Origin: a candidate division FCPU426 bacterium
GTDB taxonomy: Bacteria; Oederibacteriota; Muellerivitia; Muellerivitales; Muellerivitaceae
Assembly: GCA_963796105.1 (NCBI GenBank)
Contig: CAWCKJ010000004.1
Span: 1,344,001 to 1,408,000, forward strand
Length of the DNA: 64,000 nucleotides
Direction of reading: 5' to 3'
Shown here: positions 1 through 8,915 of the stretch, one piece after another
Layout: each line of letters starts with the position of its first letter
Position numbering within the stretch: the first letter of the stretch is position 1
Notes under the pieces: generated by a model
Told to the model about the DNA's origin: nothing
Seen by the model: the letters and a program-made list of their open reading frames with translations, nothing else
Databases searched by the model: none
Translations under genes and position numbers: made by a program

Positions 1-148
1 AATTGTTTGAATGGAGAGAGTCGGCCTGAAGCCTTTCCTCTGGGAAAAAGAAGGGGGAAAGGGGCGCCTGTTTTTCCGGAAACCGGCAACAGACAGGGCA
101 CTCCAGGCAAACCTCACTGGCGATCAACTGGGGCATCTGTGGACGCAT
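1..148 (-). CDS. YkgJ-like CxxCxxCC cysteine-cluster protein, partial (runs off window start)
   Basis: Manual translation from ATG at 148: MRPQMPQLIASEVCLECPVCCRFPEKQAPLSPFF...; not in the ORF track because it is open-ended. Confidence 0.7.
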   Translation of the reverse strand, partial: MRPQMPQLIASEVCLECPVCCRFPEKQAPLSPFFFPEERLQADSLHSNN

Positions 149-160
149 GAAGTCCTTGGC

Positions 161-352
161 TTAAAGGTTGTATATCCCAACGCCGATAACGACCAGTCCC
201 CCGATGATCAAAATGGGCGCGAGGGTCATGGAGCCCGTGGCCAGGAACATATATCCCGCCACCAGGACGCCCACTCCCACGCCAAGTGTTGTCTTGCCTG
301 CGCTGCTCATTTTGGGTGTTACAGTTTGGACTTTTTCGTTCTTATCCGCCAT
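161..352 (-). CDS. Small two-TM membrane protein (63 aa)
   Basis: GGAGG RBS before ATG at 352; MADKNEK followed by two hydrophobic segments. Confidence 0.65.
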   Translation of the reverse strand: MADKNEKVQTVTPKMSSAGKTTLGVGVGVLVAGYMFLATGSMTLAPILIIGGLVVIGVGIYNL

Positions 353-670
353 GAAGACGAACCTCCGGCAATTGGTCAATCGCCGGGTATTGTAGCAGAG
401 GTACCGCGAAAAATTAAACCGATGTGATGTTTTAAATAGCGCCAGTGGGGAATTACCGAAATTCAAGGCCTACTAGAGGATTGGTCCGCAAATATAAAGG
501 AATTAGGCGCTATATCCGTGCTCTGACAAGGGAATATGGGTATGAAAGGGTGAGTTTAAGAAAAGACTATGAGCTCAACCGGGATAAGTTTAGAACTCAA
601 CTAATACAGGGGTTTCCCAGTTAATTCCTCGAAAGTTCCCCTTTTCCTGTTTTACTCAGAAAATTCCTCT

Positions 671-1408
671 TTAATATTTTGGTTTATATAGCGGGGTTTT
701 AGAATCTAAAAGAGTGCCGTCATCGCCAATATGGGAAAAAGGCTTATATCCGATTTCAGGAGGAGCGATATATTCTTCTTTTGTTATTACATTAATTATT
801 TTCACCAGATTGTTTTTATCATTTTCGGTTTTATAAACGATCCATAATCCATTATCGGAAATGTAACCTTTCTCTATTGCGTTCTTTTCAATTTTTTGAA
901 AAATTTGTTCTCCCTTTTTAGAAAGTACACCAATTTCATAAGACCCATTATCTAAATAAGTTTCGGTTAAAGCTATTTGGCCATATTTATCATTGAAGCG
1001 AGCTCCATGCATGATTTTTCGAACAACTTTACGAATTTTGACCGAATTAACACAAATAGATTGCATAACACCTTTCTTATAAGGGGTTAAAGGACAGACC
1101 GTAAATGTCCCATAAACTTCGGTCGAAAAATCTTCCAATAATTTATCTAAGTTTTTCGGGGTTTCACTAATGACACCTAACATCCGATGGGTTCCAATTA
1201 TCCATATACGCAAAGTAGGATATCCATTCCAAGAACTTATTCGGCCCTCAAAAGTAAAACATTTTTCAATAATATTCGAATCGTGGTATGGCCCTTTAAT
1301 TTCCTTGGGTGTAATTAATTGCGCTTTTAAGTCATGAATGGTGAATGTCAAAGAAATACTTATTAATAAAACTATTATTTTATTTTTCTTCATAAAATAT
1401 TTCCTCAT
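671..1408 (-). CDS. AT-rich secreted hypothetical protein
   Basis: 245-aa ORF with signal-peptide-like MKKNKIIVLLISISL; visibly lower GC than neighbours. Confidence 0.7.
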   Translation of the reverse strand: MRKYFMKKNKIIVLLISISLTFTIHDLKAQLITPKEIKGPYHDSNIIEKCFTFEGRISSWNGYPTLRIWIIGTHRMLGVISETPKNLDKLLEDFSTEVYGTFTVCPLTPYKKGVMQSICVNSVKIRKVVRKIMHGARFNDKYGQIALTETYLDNGSYEIGVLSKKGEQIFQKIEKNAIEKGYISDNGLWIVYKTENDKNNLVKIINVITKEEYIAPPEIGYKPFSHIGDDGTLLDSKTPLYKPKY

Positions 1409-1462
1409 AAGAGAATTTTCACAACTGGGAGACTTGGATTCAAACCTAAGTAATCAGCGTCA

Positions 1463-2737
1463 TCAAGAAACCGGGCGAAGAGTGTCCAGGCCGCCCAAAT
1501 AGGGGCGAAGGGCCTCGGGGATCACGACGGAACCGTCCGCCTGCTGATAATTCTCCAGTACGGCCAGCCAGGTGCGGCCCACCGCCAAACCGGAACCGTT
1601 CAAGGTGTGCACTAGTTCGGGTTTGGAACCGCCCTCCCGCTTGAATTTAATTCCCCCCCTGCGGGCTTGGAAGTCCGTGCAGTTGCTGCAACTTGAGATC
1701 TCCCGGTAGGAGTTCTGGCTGGGAACCCAAACTTCCAAATCATAGGTCTTTGTCGCGCTGAAGCTTTTATCGGCGGTCGCCAGGGCCACCACGCGGTAGG
1801 CCAATCCCAGTTTCTTGAGGACTTCCTCGGCGTCCGAGGTCAATTCCTCCAGGGCCGCCATGCTTTTCTCGGGATCGACGAATTGAAACAGCTCCACCTT
1901 GTTGAATTGATGCAGGCGGATGAGGCCCTTGGTGTCCTTCCCGTAACTGCCGGCTTCCCGGCGGTAGCAGGGGGTATAGGCCATGTATTTCCTGGGCAGG
2001 GTACCGGCCGGAAAAGTCTCGGCTCGGTGGTAATTCGCCAGCGATACCTCGGCGGTGGGAATCAGGTAATAATTGTCTTTTTCAATCGTGAAGGCCTGGT
2101 CGATGAATTTGGGGAATTGGCCCGACATTTCCATGGAGGCGTAGTTCACCAGGTGGGGCACCACCATTTCCCGGTAGCCCTTGGGGGCGTGCAGGTCCAG
2201 CATGAAATTAACCAAAGCGCGCTCCAGGCGCGCCCCGAGGCCGGAAAGGGTAAAAAATCTCGCGCCGGAGATCTTGGCGGCCCGCTCGAAATCGAGGATC
2301 CCCAAAGCTTGACCCAGGTCATCGTGGGATTTGGGCTTGAATGAGAAAGAAGGAGGCTGGCCCACCCGACGGATTTCCTGGTTGGCTTCTTCCCCGCCCA
2401 CGGGAACGGTCGGATGGGGAATATTGCAGACTAGGAGCTCCAAATCATGAAAGTCTTTCTCGACCGCGGCGATTTCCCCGTCCATCTGCTTGATCTCGTC
2501 CGAAAGTTCCTGGAGCTTCGCCCGGTACTGGGAGATGTCCTTTCCCTCCTTCTTCATTCGCCCCATTTCCTCGGAAGCCTGATTCAATCGGGCCTTCCGC
2601 TTGTCGGCCGACATCATCAGGTCCCGGCGGCGGCGGTCGAGATCCAGGTAGAGGGAAAGATCCACCTTGGACCGGCAGTCCTCCAGGGCTTTGCGGACCT
2701 CGGTCTCGTGTTCACGGACGAATTTAGGGTCGAGCAT
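1463..2737 (-). CDS. serS: Serine--tRNA ligase
   Basis: LIPTAEV, YRREAGSYGKDTKGLIRLHQFNKVE, EISSCSNCTDFQARR, HTLNGSGLAVGR. Confidence 0.98.
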   Translation of the reverse strand: MLDPKFVREHETEVRKALEDCRSKVDLSLYLDLDRRRRDLMMSADKRKARLNQASEEMGRMKKEGKDISQYRAKLQELSDEIKQMDGEIAAVEKDFHDLELLVCNIPHPTVPVGGEEANQEIRRVGQPPSFSFKPKSHDDLGQALGILDFERAAKISGARFFTLSGLGARLERALVNFMLDLHAPKGYREMVVPHLVNYASMEMSGQFPKFIDQAFTIEKDNYYLIPTAEVSLANYHRAETFPAGTLPRKYMAYTPCYRREAGSYGKDTKGLIRLHQFNKVELFQFVDPEKSMAALEELTSDAEEVLKKLGLAYRVVALATADKSFSATKTYDLEVWVPSQNSYREISSCSNCTDFQARRGGIKFKREGGSKPELVHTLNGSGLAVGRTWLAVLENYQQADGSVVIPEALRPYLGGLDTLRPVS

Positions 2738-2814
2738 GCTTTACCTTATTGTGATTTTCGGCAAACCGGACAAAGTTTAAATCTTTTCACAAAGAATCTG
2801 AAATGAAATCGACA

Positions 2815-2852
2815 ATACCGGCCTCAATAACTGTTTTATAAAAGGCTGGCAC
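2815..2852. repeat. ~38-bp imperfect palindrome (RTRCC...GGYAY family)
   Basis: ATACCGGCCTCAATAA-ctgtt-TTATAAAAGGCTGGCAC. Confidence 0.6.
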
Positions 2853-3050
2853 GCGCTGGGATAAAATTCCCGTCAGCGTGGAAGTGATTGAATCCCCCCT
2901 TTGAAAAAGGAGGTGTAACATCATCTGCAAATTCAGGAAAGAGGCTATTTCATTGCCGTCCAAATTAAACAAAAACCAAGGAACTAAGATAAATAAAATC
3001 AGAAATTTTAAATTCTAAAAGGCGTTAAGCAAAACCAATGCTTTTGCCAC

Positions 3051-3127
3051 GTGCCAGCCTTCCATAAGGCAGTTGAAGGAGGCTGGTACTGTACCGATCT
3101 CAATATATCTTTATGAATGATCGGCGC
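3051..3127. repeat. Two abutting RTRCC...GGYAY palindromes
   Basis: GTGCCAGCCTTCCATAA-ggcag-TTGAAGGAGGCTGGTAC, 1-nt gap, GTACCGATCTCAATA-tatct-TTATGAATGATCGGCGC. Confidence 0.7.
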
Positions 3128-3353
3128 GGATTCAGGGGATGCAGGGGATAAACAGATTCACCACAGGGACTCGGAGACCCTGCTACTGCATAGCAAAGGG
3201 TGAATATTTTCAGATCGTGTTGTATGGCTCATCCGACGGCCGATGGAAAAATTAATTTTTCCACGGTCCGCAGGCAGGGCCATAACGCCCAACGGGCGCA
3301 AAGGCAAAGCCTTTGTCACGATCAAGTCTTGTTGTATCCCATGAATCCCATGC

Positions 3354-3430
3354 ATGCCGACCTTCCTATAAGTAATAAAAGAAGTCGGTATGGTACCAAT
3401 CTCCAAATAAGCTTTATGGAAGATTGGCAC
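3354..3430. repeat. Two abutting RTRCC...GGYAY palindromes
   Basis: ATGCCGACCTTCCTATAA-gta-ATAAAAGAAGTCGGTAT, 1-nt gap, GTACCAATCTCCAAATAA-gct-TTATGGAAGATTGGCAC. Confidence 0.7.
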
Positions 3431-3477
3431 ATCTGTGGCTAAAGTCTATTTTGGACAGGTGTGAGGCTATTTATCTT

Positions 3478-3777
3478 TTAAAGTTTGCGCAGAACCGAAT
3501 CCACCTTATCGGATGGAAGCTGAGTCTTGTCCCTGCGGTCGTCCAATTTGATGACGGTATAGACCCTTTTAACGCCCTTGGAAAATGGGATTTTGTGCAT
3601 GGCGGCGGCCAATTTTAAAAGGTCCCCGGATTTGCCCGTGACAATGGTTCCCATGCCATTCAACTCGTATTGAACCCCTTTTTGCCTTTTCAGGAATTTT
3701 AAAATATCGGCCACATGGGAACTGACCGATGTTTTTCCAGTCCCCAGGGGGACCACGCTGATTTCCATCATCGCCAT
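3478..3777 (-). CDS. MTH1187 family thiamine-binding protein
   Basis: MAMMEISVVPLGTGKTSVS...ELNGMGT...KRVYTVIKLDDRRDK; GGAGGAG RBS. Confidence 0.92.
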   Translation of the reverse strand: MAMMEISVVPLGTGKTSVSSHVADILKFLKRQKGVQYELNGMGTIVTGKSGDLLKLAAAMHKIPFSKGVKRVYTVIKLDDRRDKTQLPSDKVDSVLRKL

Positions 3778-3842
3778 GTCATTTCTCCTCCATTTATTAT
3801 TGGAAAAACCGAGTATATCGAAAGCCTTTGGGAATAAATAGG

Positions 3843-3985
3843 AAGCCTAAATCACCATAAAACATGCTTATGCACAAAGTACTTATGATTTACTCAGGTT
3901 TGGCATGTACCGATTCACCATAAAGAAGTTAAGGAAATCGGCACTATACCGAACTTTCATTGAAAGCTTTATTGAGGTTCGGCAC
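3843..3985. repeat. Tandem of three RTRCC...GGYAY palindromes; the first is interrupted by an orphan IS end
   Basis: 3907-3944 GTACCGATTCACCATAA-agaag-TTAAGGAAATCGGCAC; 3946-3985 ATACCGAACTTTCATTG...TTATTGAGGTTCGGCAC; 3843-3906 arms separated by an insert. Confidence 0.65.
3863..3880. mobile_element. Solo terminal inverted repeat of the IS1595-family element
   Basis: 3864-3880 ATGCTTATGCACAAAGT is identical to 62247-62263. Confidence 0.7.
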
Positions 3986-4019
3986 GTGCTTATCTGATTC
4001 GATATTTGAAAAGTTAGCC

Positions 4020-4114
4020 CCCCCTTTGAAAAAGGGGGATAGGGGGGGTATTAGTTTTTGTTGGGAAACACCCAGAGACTAACTTCCCCTTAATCCCCCT
4101 CTTTCAGAGGGGGA
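4020..4114 (-). repeat. REPIN-like doublet of CCCCCT(C/T)TGAAA(G/A)AGGGGG palindromes, copy 1
   Basis: Reverse complement matches 58493-58638 and 61017-61112 in the arms; central spacer differs. Confidence 0.85.
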
Positions 4115-4230
4115 GAATTAAAAAACAATAGGCCGCAGGTGTATTGTGCCTAATCTTGCCTTAAAAAACTGTCCGGGGAATAAAATAAAGAATATACTTT
4201 TACCGCTTCTATTTCATCGTGGAGGACGCC

Positions 4231-4956
4231 ATGAGCAAATTAAACCTGAAATGGTTAATTCCTGGGATTTTATTGCTAGCCGCCCCCTTGTGGGCCGCTG
4301 AAAGGACCGGGGTTTTACTGCCTTATACGGCTCCGGAAAAAGCCACCGAGATCAAGAAGGAGCAGGACGACGCCATGATGAAACTCATCGGCGGAAACCA
4401 ATATTTCGTCAAACATCAAACGGAGCACGCCGCGAATCCCAGCGTCATGGTGGTCAGCTGTTCCGACTCCCACACCCCCCCGGAATCCATATTCCACATG
4501 AAAACAGGGGAGCTTTTCGTCAACCGTGTCTTCGGCAACGTGGTGGACAAAGTCATCCTGGGCAGTTTGGAATACGGCGCCCAGACCTTGAACTGCCGCG
4601 TCCTGGTGGTCATGGGCCATTCGGGCTGTACCGCCATTAAGGGGGCCATCGCGGAGTACCGGCACGCCAGGACCTCCTGGGTTTCCATGAACCAGGAGTC
4701 CTTGTACAACCAAATCGAGCCGGCCGTGGCCGAGGTGGAGAATACCCAGAAACACATAAAAGCCAAGACCGACATTGAGCTGAAGGGGGACGATTTCGAC
4801 GAGGCGGTGGTCCGGGTGAACATCCTGAGCACCATGCGCTACATCCGCGAACAAAGCCCGATCCTCTGGGATTTGGAGCATAAGGATATTTTAAAAATAG
4901 TGGGATGCATTTATCACAAGGAAACCGGCAAGGTGGAGTGGATCAAGGAACAGTAA
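4231..4956 (+). CDS. Secreted beta-class carbonic anhydrase (divergent)
   Basis: Signal peptide; SCSDS, GELFVNRVFGN, GSLEYG, GHSGC; GGAGG before ATG at 4231. Confidence 0.88.
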   Translation: MSKLNLKWLIPGILLLAAPLWAAERTGVLLPYTAPEKATEIKKEQDDAMMKLIGGNQYFVKHQTEHAANPSVMVVSCSDSHTPPESIFHMKTGELFVNRVFGNVVDKVILGSLEYGAQTLNCRVLVVMGHSGCTAIKGAIAEYRHARTSWVSMNQESLYNQIEPAVAEVENTQKHIKAKTDIELKGDDFDEAVVRVNILSTMRYIREQSPILWDLEHKDILKIVGCIYHKETGKVEWIKEQ

Positions 4957-5001
4957 GGGTGCCGGTTTGTTTCCAATAGATGGACCTTATGGAGCTCAAG
5001 C

Positions 5002-6084
5002 TTGATCATCGGCGTGCCGAGGGAAATTAAAGACAACGAGTTCCGGGTGGGAATCGTTCCCGGCGGGGTGGAAGAGCTGGTATCGGGGGGGAATCAAGTC
5101 CTCCTGGAGAATGGGGCGGGGAAGGGAAGCGGAATCCCCGACCGGGAATACGAGGAAGCCGGCGCCGAGATGATAAGCGACCGGCCGGAATTGTTCCGGC
5201 GCGCCGAATTGATCCTGAAAGTCAAGGAACCCCAGCCATCCGAATTCGGCCTGTTGAGGAAAGGCCAAGTCCTCTTTTGCTATTTTCATTTCGCTTCATC
5301 CCCGGAACTCACGAAGGCCATGATCAAGGCCGGGATTGTGGCCATCGCCTATGAGACCATCTGCCTTCCTACCGGGGAACATCCGCTTTTGACCCCCATG
5401 AGCGAGGTGGCGGGGAAAATGGCCATCCAGGAAGGCGCGAAGTATTTGGAAAGATCCATGGGAGGAAAAGGAATCCTCCTGGGAGGGGTCACCGGCGTCA
5501 AACCCGCCAAGGTGGTGGTGCTGGGAGGCGGGGTGGTCGGGACCAACGCGGCCAAAACCGCGGCGGGTCTGGGCGCGTTCGTGACGGTGCTGGACGTGAA
5601 CCCATCCCGCTTGAGGTATTTGGAAGATATCCTGCCCCCGAATGTCGCCACGATGGTATCCAACCGTAGGGTCATCCGGGAGGAAACCGGGGACGCCGAT
5701 TTGCTTATCGGGGCCGTTTACGTGGAAGGGGCCAAGGCCCCGCGCCTGGTGACCGAGGACATGGTCCGGGGGATGAAACCCGGTTCGGTCATCGTGGACG
5801 TGGCCATCGACCAAGGGGGCTGTGTGGAGACATCCCGGCCCACCTCGCACAGCCATCCGGTTTTCGTGAAACACGGCGTGGTGCATTACTGCGTCACCAA
5901 TATTCCCGGCGCCGTGGGCATGACTTCCACTTACGCCCTGACGAATTCGACCCTTCCGTTTGTCCAGGCAATCACCCGTCACGGGTGGAAAGAGGCCGTC
6001 AAACGGGATCCAGTCATCCGCCACGGGTTGAATATCGACCATGGAAAAATCATTCATCCTGCGGTCAAGGCCGCCTTCAAATAA
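5002..6084 (+). CDS. ald: Alanine dehydrogenase
   Basis: IGVPREIKDNEFRV, KVKEP, PMSEVAG, GGGVVG, DVAIDQGGCVETS, YCVTNIPG. Confidence 0.97.
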   Translation: MIIGVPREIKDNEFRVGIVPGGVEELVSGGNQVLLENGAGKGSGIPDREYEEAGAEMISDRPELFRRAELILKVKEPQPSEFGLLRKGQVLFCYFHFASSPELTKAMIKAGIVAIAYETICLPTGEHPLLTPMSEVAGKMAIQEGAKYLERSMGGKGILLGGVTGVKPAKVVVLGGGVVGTNAAKTAAGLGAFVTVLDVNPSRLRYLEDILPPNVATMVSNRRVIREETGDADLLIGAVYVEGAKAPRLVTEDMVRGMKPGSVIVDVAIDQGGCVETSRPTSHSHPVFVKHGVVHYCVTNIPGAVGMTSTYALTNSTLPFVQAITRHGWKEAVKRDPVIRHGLNIDHGKIIHPAVKAAFK

Positions 6085-6114
6085 TTCCTGTAAATACCCT
6101 CTTGGAGGTTTGAA

Positions 6115-6825
6115 TTGCCTACGGTCTTCGCGGGCATCATCAGCACGGTTCTTCTTTTTTATATAGCGACGCTGATCCTGGCCTATACCCACCTGTTACC
6201 CACAGGCCTTCATATGCTCTGGGGGCTCCTGATGACCCTTTTGATCGTTCTTTTGCAATGCCTCATCTTCGGCTTTTTCATCGGGAGCGGGAAAACCATC
6301 AAGCGGGTGGCTTTGGAAAAGGGGTTGCCGGGCGATTGGGCGGATAAAACCAGGGAGTATAAAAACCGGTCCTATCCAGCGTTGATGTGGGCGATTTTGG
6401 CCACTGTCCTGGCGGCGGGGGCGGGGGGCGGGGTTTCCACGGGCTTGATCCCGATGACAGCGCATCAAATCCTGGTTTGGGCCGCCTTTGTCATGAACGC
6501 GGTCTCATTTTGGATCTCATACAGGGTCATCGTGGAAAACGTCAGGGCGATCCATCAAATCAACGGAATCATTCAAGAACGGGATAAGAAAGGGGAAACT
6601 CAAGTCGAGAGGGTCAAGATCTTGAAAGAGGAGAAATCCCCGTCCTCCGCCCAAAGCCGCCGTCCCCAGAAATTTTTCTTTCTATCGGCCGCGGTTTGGA
6701 TTCCTTATTTCTACATGAGGTATTCCTTGGGAAGCCGTACTTTTCCCTTTTGGCCTTTTTTAGCATTAAGCCTCCTTTTTCTTGTCCTGGGGGCGATTGA
6801 AGTCCCCAAAACGCTGAAAGAGTGA
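6115..6825 (+). CDS. Hypothetical multi-TM membrane protein
   Basis: About six hydrophobic segments; GGAGG before TTG. Confidence 0.75.
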   Translation: MPTVFAGIISTVLLFYIATLILAYTHLLPTGLHMLWGLLMTLLIVLLQCLIFGFFIGSGKTIKRVALEKGLPGDWADKTREYKNRSYPALMWAILATVLAAGAGGGVSTGLIPMTAHQILVWAAFVMNAVSFWISYRVIVENVRAIHQINGIIQERDKKGETQVERVKILKEEKSPSSAQSRRPQKFFFLSAAVWIPYFYMRYSLGSRTFPFWPFLALSLLFLVLGAIEVPKTLKE

Positions 6826-7047
6826 GGGCCTTGGTTGTTATTTAGCGCCCTGAATGTTATCTTTTTTCCTTTCCTTTGGGGAAAATCGGCTAAAATGACG
6901 CCCCTGTGCCACTTTCCGGTTGATTGAATCGTCGAAAATTCCGGAGCCAAACCTGTATTGATTTTGAAATTTGATTTTAAAAGCCCCGGTTTTTCCCGGA
7001 AATTGAACGTAGATTCGGGGTTGATCGAATCCGAAAAAAGGAATCGC

Positions 7048-7791
7048 GTGAAATTTTTTTCTTTCTTTCTTTTTCTCTTAACAGCTTCCTTAACAATAGG
7101 AACCAATGTTTGGGCTGATGGCCCCGGCGATTTTCTGCATACCAGAACCTACATCGGCGTGTTCGGAACCTCCATCAGCATTGACAAGAGCGGCGAGTTT
7201 TCGGGAACCAACTATTCCCGGGTGGATAATCCGGGTTATGAAATCACGGCCATTCCCTCCCTGGCCCAGAATTTCGGTTTTGCCGTTTTGTTAGGCCATA
7301 GGGAGGAAGCTTACGCGCTGGAATTGAGTTATTGGCAGTCCAACCACTTGGCGACTTTTGGGCCGACTACCTTAGGAGCGATATCGGGACAATCCGCGAC
7401 TTTCACGGGTACCTACCAGGCCGCAGCCGTGCTTCGGTCCGTGAACGTTGATTTCAAGAGGTATTTTCTTACCGATTTGAACTTTCAACCCTTTGTCAGC
7501 CTGGGGGTGGGTTTCCCCTGGCTCGATATTCCTGATGCCGATGGCGATGGCGCCGGCCATATTTATCCGGTGACCCTGGCCGGGTTGGGTTTTGATTTAG
7601 GCCTGGGCGCCGAATACTACCTGTCTCCCGCCCTTTCCATTGTTGGAAGCGCCTCCCATCGCTGGGCCAGTTTCGACCAGCTCAAGGGCTACCAGGGCCT
7701 TTACAACCAGATGGCACTTTATGGAAGTTCCACCGGGGACAGCGAGGGCGGTTTTATTTTCGCGATCGGAACCACGCTGGGTTTCGAGTGA
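7048..7791 (+). CDS. Outer-membrane beta-barrel protein A (small barrel)
   Basis: Signal peptide after GTG at 7048; amphipathic strands (QPFVSLGVGFPW, GFDLGLGAEYYL); paralog of 10408-11175. Confidence 0.8.
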   Translation: MKFFSFFLFLLTASLTIGTNVWADGPGDFLHTRTYIGVFGTSISIDKSGEFSGTNYSRVDNPGYEITAIPSLAQNFGFAVLLGHREEAYALELSYWQSNHLATFGPTTLGAISGQSATFTGTYQAAAVLRSVNVDFKRYFLTDLNFQPFVSLGVGFPWLDIPDADGDGAGHIYPVTLAGLGFDLGLGAEYYLSPALSIVGSASHRWASFDQLKGYQGLYNQMALYGSSTGDSEGGFIFAIGTTLGFE

Positions 7792-7836
7792 CGCGGGTTC
7801 GCTTAAAGAGGAATTAAAATTCGGGAAGGCCGGTTC

Positions 7837-8886
7837 ATGAAAAAATATTGGTTTTTGGGCTTGTTTTTCGCCCTGACGGCATTCACCCTTTTGATCGGGC
7901 TGGCTTGCTCGGTTAATCCCACAGGCCCCAGCCTGCGTCCCGCCGTTCAAACTATCGTGGCCATCAACCCGACCTTTACCTTTACCAACACATTTACCCC
8001 GACCTGGACCCCGACTCCTTCTTTTACGCCCACTCCCTACGTCAGCACGACGCCTTGGGTTTCCTACAAGAATCCCTCCGGATTGGCGGTGGATTCCTCC
8101 GGAAATATTTATGTCGCGGACACGGGCAACAACGCGGTGGAGAAGTTCTCGCCCAACGGCGTCCTCTATTCCGACTGGGGCAACGGGGGCAAGGGAAGAG
8201 GGAAGATCTATATCAACCAGCCCCAGGCGGTCGCGGTGCAAGGACCGACAATTTCCGGCTCGCCGGTCACCCTTTATGTGCTCAACGCCAATGGCGTAAG
8301 CAAATTTGATGATTTGGGAAATCCCTTGGTCCAATTCACGCCTTCCAGCGTGACCTTTACCAGCCCTCAAGGCATAGCGGTGGATGGAAGCGGGAACATC
8401 TTTGTCAGTGACAATGAAACAACTGCCTCGAAAATCTTTAAACTTTCCAATACGGGTTCAGCGGTAACGGCTTTTGGCACATCCGGGATCTTCACTTTTG
8501 GAGCGCCGGTAACAGCGGTTTTCGGCCTGGCGGTGGATGATTCACAGAATATTTGGGCCGCTGTCGCTAATAGCGTCTCCTATGGGAACATTTTGGAGTT
8601 GGACGCTAACGCAGCCACAGTAATATCCACTATTACTGGGTTTAATAATCCTCATGGCATCACATTTAACGGTCCGGTAACCGCTGAGGATTTATTTGTC
8701 GCGGATTCCGGCAACCACCAGGTAGAGGAATTCTTGCCCGGTTCTTTTACGGCTCCATCGGTTATTTTCAACGACGGGGGGAAATTATCGAATCCAGTCG
8801 GGGTCGGTGTGGATTCTTACGGCAATGTTTACGTGGCGGATTCAACCTACCAGACGAACGGGGCTGTTTTCCGGTTTACACCTTAA
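7837..8886 (+). CDS. NHL-repeat lipoprotein 1 with Thr/Pro stalk
   Basis: Lipobox GLAC; TPT repeats; NPSGLAVDSSGNIYVADTGNN, SPQGIAVDGSGNIFVSD. Confidence 0.9.
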   Translation: MKKYWFLGLFFALTAFTLLIGLACSVNPTGPSLRPAVQTIVAINPTFTFTNTFTPTWTPTPSFTPTPYVSTTPWVSYKNPSGLAVDSSGNIYVADTGNNAVEKFSPNGVLYSDWGNGGKGRGKIYINQPQAVAVQGPTISGSPVTLYVLNANGVSKFDDLGNPLVQFTPSSVTFTSPQGIAVDGSGNIFVSDNETTASKIFKLSNTGSAVTAFGTSGIFTFGAPVTAVFGLAVDDSQNIWAAVANSVSYGNILELDANAATVISTITGFNNPHGITFNGPVTAEDLFVADSGNHQVEEFLPGSFTAPSVIFNDGGKLSNPVGVGVDSYGNVYVADSTYQTNGAVFRFTP

Positions 8887-8915
8887 ATCGCAGGGAGAGG
8901 CGGAGGATCAGGAAT

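Noticed and set aside
1..60. GGAGAGAG... start resembling tRNA-Ser near serS
   Set aside because: No D/T arms or TTCGA motif; the region encodes the CxxCxxCC protein on the minus strand
2738..3477. T-box leader for serS, or the small ORFs 2787-2972, 3158-3430 and 3200-3442
   Set aside because: No T-box consensus seen; the ORFs run through repeats and lack an RBS or recognisable motifs
3051..3985. CRISPR array or integron attC array
   Set aside because: Units are non-identical palindromes without regular spacers; no consistent RYYYAAC/GTTRRRY ends; no cas or intI gene in the window
5296..6192. Long antisense ORFs (also 7597-8370, 23523-24314, 38665-39516, 46663-47400, 53389-54228)
   Set aside because: Shadow frames of well-supported genes in GC-rich coding DNA
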